Below are positions 57,994-64,000 of a stretch of 64,000 nucleotides of DNA, one piece after another; within the stretch, counting starts at the first letter, position 1; the number at the start of each line of letters is the position of its first letter. The stretch is taken from the NCBI RefSeq assembly GCF_009914755.1, contig NC_060931.1; one strand, written 5' to 3'. The translations under genes were made by a program, and so were the position numbers. Below the pieces are notes generated by a model. That model ran no database searches and was not told the DNA's origin. It saw only the letters and a program-made list of their open reading frames with translations. The stretch comes from the human T2T-CHM13v2.0 reference genome, Homo sapiens.

Positions 57994-58529
57994 CTACCCA
58001 AAGCAATCTAGGCTTTTGCTCAGTTTAGGAGTTGTAAGCTGCAGTGAGCTATGAATAGGGGTTGCATTGATAGGGATTTAATGCAATCCCTATCAGTATC
58101 CAATAATTTTTTTGGCAGAAATAGAGAAAATAAAATTCCTAAAATTCATATGAGTCTCAAGGGACACTAAATTGTCAAAACAAATCTTGAAAAAGAAGAA
58201 CAAAGCTGAAAGACTCATGCTTCCTGGTTTTAAAGCTTATTACAAGGCTACAGCAACCAAAACAGTGTGTTATTGACATGAAGATAGACATATAATCAGT
58301 GGAATAGAATAGAGTGCCCCAAAATAAATCTTTGTGTATATGATCAAGTGATTTTTTGACAAGGGTGCCAGGACCATTCAGTGGGGGATAAGACAGTCGT
58401 TTCAACAAATGTTGCTGGGAATTGACTATCCACATGGAAAAGAATGCAGTTGCACCCTGACTTAACACTATATACAAAAATCAACTCAAAATTAGCAAAA
58501 GCCTAAATTTAAGACCTAAACTATAAAAC

Positions 58530-58886
<357 letters not shown>

Positions 58887-59055
58887 TAGATTTGACAATC
58901 CTTTCTTAGATATAACATTAAAGACAAGTGCAGCAAAAGACAAAGTAGACAAATTGGGCTTCATTAAAGTTAAAAAGCTTTGTGCATCAAAAGATAATAT
59001 CAACAGAGTGAAAAGGCAACCCAGAGAATAGGAGAAAATACTTGCAAATCATATA

Positions 59056-59691
<636 letters not shown>

Positions 59692-60544
59692 TATCTGATA
59701 CTGGATTAATATCCAGAATATACAGAGAACTGTTAAAACTCAACAACTCCAAAAACAAACGACTTGAAAAAATGGGCAAAAGACTTGAATAGACATTTCT
59801 CCAAAGATGGTATACAAGTGGCTAAAAATCACATGAAAAGATGCTCAACATCACCATTCATTAGGGAAATGCAAGTCAAAACTACAATGAGATACCACCT
59901 TATACCCAGTAGGACTGCTACTATCACAAAAACAGAAAATAACAAGTATTGACAAGGATGTGGAGAACTTGAAACCCTTGTACACTATTGGTGGAATGTA
60001 AACGGGTACAGCTGCTGTGGAAAACAGTATGGTGTTTCCTCAAAAAATTAAAGATAGAATTATCATATGATCCAGCCATTCCACTTCTGGATATATACCC
60101 AAAAAAATTGAAAGCAAGGTCTTGAAGAGATATTTACCCCTGTGTTCATAGCAGCATCGTTCACTACAGTTGAAACATGGAAGTAGCCCAAGTGTTCATT
60201 GGAGGATGAATGGATAAGCAAAATGTGGTCTGTCCATACAATGGAATACTATTCAGCCTTACAAGAAAGGGAAATTCTGACACATGCCACAATGTGGATG
60301 AACCTTGAGGACATTATGGTGAGTGGAATAAACCAATCACAAAAAGACAAATACTGTGTTATTCTACATATATGAGATACTTAGAGTAGTCAAAATCATA
60401 GAGATGGAAAGTAAAATGGTGGTTGCCAGCGGCTGGGGGCAGTAGAGAATGGGGAGTTACTATTTAATGGGTATAATATTTCAGTTTTACAAGATGAAAG
60501 GAGTTCTGGAGATGTATGGTGATGATGGTTGCACAACATTATGA

Positions 60545-60841
<297 letters not shown>

Positions 60842-61097
60842 ATGAATGTTTTTAATACCACTGAATCATACACTTAAAAGTGGTTAAGAGGGTAAATGAT
60901 ATAGGTTTTTTTAACCACAATAATAAAAATTGAGAACAAACCTCTCAATTATATTTCTATATTTCAGCCACAGTAAGAAATTTAAATTGTATAAAAGATA
61001 ACATTTATTATAGCATAAAAATTTCAAACATCTAGGAATAACTCTAACAAAATATGGGAAATGCTCTACTTAGAAAAAGCATAAAACCTTGAGAGGA

Positions 61098-61680
<583 letters not shown>

Positions 61681-61763
61681 GTTACATGCAACATTATGTG
61701 TGAATTTTCCAAATGTAATATTCTGAAATTCAGGGTGGTTGTGAATTTTCGAGGAGTACCATT

Positions 61764-62260
61764 TGTTATGGGTTGAACTGTGTCCTCGCAATGGATGTGT
61801 TGAAGTCCTAACTTCTCCTCACATTGCATACTTGTGAATGTGATCTTATTTGGAAATAGGGTCTTTGCAAATATAATCAAATTAAGATGAGGTCATTAGG
61901 GTGGGCCTTAATCCAATATTGCTGGTGTTCTTATAAGAAGAGAAGAAGAGGCAGAGACAGACACACACAGAGGAGCACACCATGTGAAGACACAGACACA
62001 AGAACGTCACGTGGGAACAGAGGCAGAGCCTGGAGTGATGCTTCTACAGCCAAAGAACAGCAAGGATTGCCAGCAACACTGGGAGCTGAGAAAAAGACCT
62101 GGAACACATTCTCCCCTGGAGTCTTCAGAGAGACTGTGGCCTTGCCGACAACTTGATTTCAGATTCCTGGCCTCCAGAACTGTGAGAAAATACAGTTCTG
62201 TTGTTTAAAACAACTCAGTGTGTGTGATTTTATCACAGCAGCCCTGGGAAATGAATACAG
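61764..62260 (+). mobile_element. MaLR solo LTR (MLT1C-like)
   Basis: tgttatgggttgaactgtgtcc...ggaaatgaataca. Confidence 0.8.
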
Positions 62261-62656
62261 CATTCGCCCAGTACAGTTTATCAGGATTGAGTCCAACTGA
62301 CTGCTTTCCACTTGTCCCATTTTTCTTTTATTTTTTATTTGCAGCCTTCTTTTGGATTAACTACAATTTTTTTCCACTTCATTTATTTGCTCTTCAAGCA
62401 TGTGCTCTCCCTCCCCTTACCTCCCTTTGCTTGGCAAAGCCACAACTTTACAAAATGATACACTAGGAATTTCTGCAAGCAAATTTAAAAAGTCTACAGT
62501 TAATCATCTTTGTCCTCCTCCCAAATTACATAAAGATATTATAATACTTAAACTTGGATCAGCTCTTTCCTTATATGTTATTGTGACCAGTATTTTAGTT
62601 TTATATTTTAAAAAACCTGTAAGTTAGACATTAATGTGATGTTATATGGTCAATGA

Positions 62657-63058
<402 letters not shown>

Positions 63059-63473
63059 GAATTTTCTTTAGTAAGGATCTGTTGGTGGTAATTTTTCTCA
63101 GCAATTGTTTATTCTTGAAGAATCGTTTTTCAGGGAACAGAATTCTGACCTGGCTGTTATTTCCTCTCATTGAATGTGTTACCACACTATCTTCTGGCCA
63201 GCAGTGGGTGATTTCATATTTCTCACCAGCTACCCTCTAAAGGACCTAGTTCTCACCCATGGCCAGAAGATCAAGGTATATATTGCAAAGCCCAAGGACC
63301 AGGCGAGGGGGTATTGGGAAGATCAGAGGAGTGGGAGCTGAGAGAAACGCCAACTGCTCAGTGGGGGAGGGTGTCCTCTGATTCTTCAGCCTTTGCACAG
63401 AGACTCAGAAACTGGGCTCAGCAATGGGAAAATAAACTAGGACTCCTTTACCACCTTTCATGTTTAAAATGCT

Positions 63474-63545
63474 AGGGGGCACCCAGATTTGAACTGGGGA
63501 CCTCTTGATCTGCAGTCAAATGCTCTACCCCTGAGCTATACCCCC
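63474..63545 (-). tRNA. tRNA-Cys(GCA), T-stem variant CCCAG/CTGGG
   Basis: Reverse complement GGGGGTATAGCTCAGGGGTAGAGCATTTGACTGCAGATCAAGAGGTCCCCAGTTCAAATCTGGGTGCCCCCT; all stems pair; TTTT terminator on the minus strand at 63466-63469. Confidence 0.97.
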
Positions 63546-64000
63546 AGTTACATTAGTAAGGTCCAATTAACAACCTTTCCCTGTGCAGCCACACCCAGAC
63601 CTGCTGTCCTAGATTCCGCTTCAGGATGGGTTTCTGAGTTACAAGGCCTGACTTGCTGCCAACTCAACACCGTGTCTTAGAGGAAGCAACCAGTTCCTTC
63701 TCCCACAGCTCTGCCACCTCTCCACTCTCAGTTCCTGAGTAAGTGCAGGGATCTGGGGAGCAGTCCCCCGACAGCTGGAAGGCTCTCTAGTGACACCTAT
63801 GTTGTGGGTTTTGTGCCGGGGCCTGCAAACAGAGACTCAAAATGCCCAATGGTTTGGCCAAGCCTGCAACACTTCAAAGATAGAACCCACATTTTCTGGA
63901 TACTGGATTTGCCAGCTTTTCAGCTAAGATCACTTTTTAATAACCGCCCCCCACCCCCCACCGCCACCCACCGTGTGAAACCAGGACGACCTCCCTGAAT

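Overview
This is primate, very probably human, genomic DNA dominated by interspersed repeats. From memory, not a database search, it matches the proximal edge of the chr7q36.1 tRNA-Cys cluster just downstream of ZNF783. I found no intact protein-coding gene. Contents: (1) the 3' exons of a disabled C2H2 zinc-finger gene of the ZNF282/ZNF212/ZNF783 type (probably the Zfp956/AI894139-like pseudogene), with a poly(A) signal at 5053; (2) three intact tRNA-Cys(GCA) genes plus a fourth, decayed tRNA-Cys relic that keeps a perfect B-box; (3) two processed pseudogenes, a full-length NPM1 copy inside an Alu and a 3' KPNB1 copy inside an MST LTR inside an ERV1 provirus; (4) deeply nested transposons with readable target-site duplications (TSDs): three near-full-length L1s of different ages, a two-LTR ERV1, a two-LTR MaLR, an SVA, more than 20 Alus and DNA transposon relics. 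Nearly all listed ORFs are chance or repeat-derived. I do not see a convincing new biological system. The best leads are the unexplained tRNA-cluster signals (the relic B-box, reciprocal CpG-driven stem compensation, a shared -44 upstream 9-mer), the residual zinc-finger ORF, and several insertion or repair scars. Repeat subfamily names and some boundaries are by eye and need RepeatMasker/Dfam confirmation.
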